Assembly: GCA_965287045.1 (NCBI GenBank)
Contig: OZ336872.1
Location: 31,124,001-31,188,000, forward strand
Direction of reading: 5' to 3'
DNA: 64,000 nucleotides
Origin: Carcharhinus amblyrhynchos
Lineage: Eukaryota
Below the pieces are notes generated by a model, which saw only the letters and a list, made by a program, of their open reading frames with translations, did not search any database and was not told the origin of the DNA. A program made the position numbers and the translations under genes. Shown here piece after piece: positions 62,212 through 64,000 of the stretch; the first letter of the stretch is position 1; each line of letters opens with the position of its first letter.

Positions 62212-63150
62212 TTTTTAAGTTTGCTGATGACACCACCGTTGTGGGTTGGATCTCAAACAATGACAAGTCAGTACAGGAAAAAGAGATAGAGAATCTGGTG
62301 AACTGGTGTGACAACAATAATCTCTTCCTCAATATCAAAAAAAATGAAGGAGATAGTCACATACTTAAGGAAGCATGTCTACATCATGATGTGGGAATGC
62401 CGGCGTTGGACTGGCATAAACACAGTAAAAAGTCTGACAACACCAGGTTTTAGTCCAACCGATTTATTTGATAATACTCACAAGCTTTCAAGGGGACTGC
62501 CTCTCCATTCACCTGACGAAGAGGCAGTCCCCTCGAAAGCTTGAGAGTATTATCAAATAAATCGGTTGGACTAAAACCTGGTGTTGTCAGACTTTTTACC
62601 ATGTCTACATCAACAGGGATGAATTAGAAGTGGTCAAGAGCTTCAGGTTTTTAGGTCCAAATCACCAACAACCTGTCCAGGTCCCTTCATGCAGACATTA
62701 CAGATAAGAAAGCCCACCAACGCCTCTACTTTTTCAGGAGATCAAGGAAATTTGGCATGTAAGCTATGATTCTCACCAACTTCCACAGATGCACCATAGA
62801 AAGCATTCTTTCTGGTTGTATTACATCTTGGAATGGCTCCTGCTCTGTCCAAGATCGCAAGAAATTACAAAGGGTCATGAATGAAACCCAGTCCATCACT
62901 CGAACCAACCTCCCATCCATTGACAGTTGTCTACACTTCCTGCACCCTCGGAAAAGCAGCCCACATAATCAAGGACCCCCACGCACCCCAGACATTCTCT
63001 CTTTCACCTTCTTCCGTCGGGAAAAAGATACAAAAGTCTGAGGACACGTACTTACTGGCTCAAAAACAGGTTCTTCCCTGCTGCCATCAGACTTTTGAAT
63101 GGACCTATCTTGCATTAAGTTGATCTTTCTCTACACCCACGCTATGACAG
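62212..63150 (+). mobile_element. Rex/Babar-like LINE RT and 3' fragment
   Basis: KFADDTTVVG...KAHQRLYFFRR...ILTNFHRCTIESILSGCITSW...; interrupted at 62387-62599. Confidence 0.85.
62387..62599. mobile_element. 213-bp palindromic Penelope-derived element with hammerhead, 13-bp TSD
   Basis: TSD CATGTCTACATCA at 62374-62386 and 62600-62612. Hammerhead ATTCAC-CTGACGA-A-GAGG-CAGTCC-CCTC-GAAA-GCTT-GAGAGT at 62507-62548. Confidence 0.9.
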
Positions 63151-64000
63151 GGAAAAGGCAGGAGAATGGCACTCAATCATGATGCTCGTTTGGAGAACTA
63201 GTGCAGAGATGATGGGCTGAATGGCCTCCTTCTGCAGTGTAACAGTTCTGTGATGTCATGAGTTTATTTTTTCCCCATGATATGTGCTCATTTTTGCAAT
63301 TGGGTGTCTATTAATAAGATGTGCGGAAATTCAAGTGCAACTTGGCAGACAGAGAATGTAGTAGGCACCGCTCAGGGTGAAATCTCCAGATTGCGGCCTG
63401 AAATTTCCTACAACAGTTACAATCTCTTAAAACTAATATCTGTCCTGTTGTCGAATTGATATTGAACATGCATATCATTAGCTAAGAGAGATTTTAGTCT
63501 GGGAGGACACAAAACAAAATCATTCATTACCATAGTAACTAGCAAGCTTTTGCCAGGGATTTACATCATTGCCAAGATCTCTTGGGCAAAGAGGTGAGCA
63601 ATTAAGAAAATTGGATGGGTGCTTGCTCACTCTCATCTCAGAGCCCTTGCAATTTGTGAAAATGTAAAACAAATTGGAGATGATTGATAACTAAACTGAT
63701 GTTAGGTCCACACAAAGAAAAAAATTGCTAAACTGACTCTCACTCAGTTTAATTTTGCCCATTCATGCAATGATACTCCCCATCAAATGACAAATGTTTG
63801 GCTGAGATGCTATCGGAGACAATTCAGGTAACTGTGTGAACCATTCCACTTCAATTAAATTAAAAGCAGATTACACCTCATGAATATGCATTGCTTAATT
63901 CACCATTATCCAATTGCTGTGTTAACGCACAAAAATAAACTTTGTAAAAAAGTTGAGCTTTTTCTCCAAGTGGTCACATGGTCATGGAGTTTGCAATCTG

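Overview
Vertebrate genomic DNA, almost certainly from a shark or other elasmobranch (inferred from the HE1-type V-SINE, Deu-SINE and CR1 repeat content). Two host genes lie on the minus strand. ACOX2 (peroxisomal branched-chain acyl-CoA oxidase) shows its first four coding exons (10652-10505, 2145-1983, 1015-861, 217-110), continues beyond the left edge, has a CpG-rich promoter near 10.1-10.85 kb and has a GC-AG intron. FAM107A/DRR1 has its complete 147-aa CDS here (40936-40767, 29522-29366, 25843-25727) with a ~2 kb 3'UTR. The rest is transposon-derived: young and old CR1 LINEs, a solo LTR, a decayed hAT transposase split by nested insertions, a full-length RTE LINE with a 13-bp TSD, Rex/Babar-like LINE ends and many tRNA-derived SINEs. 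The most interesting signals are RNA-structural. About ten minimal hammerhead-ribozyme motifs sit in palindromic Penelope-derived insertions, several with 13-bp TSDs, and a candidate HDV-like ribozyme lies at the 5' end of the RTE. Almost all ORFs in the supplied track are repeat fragments or chance ORFs. Exon and TSD coordinates were read by eye at base level; repeat boundaries without TSDs are approximate.
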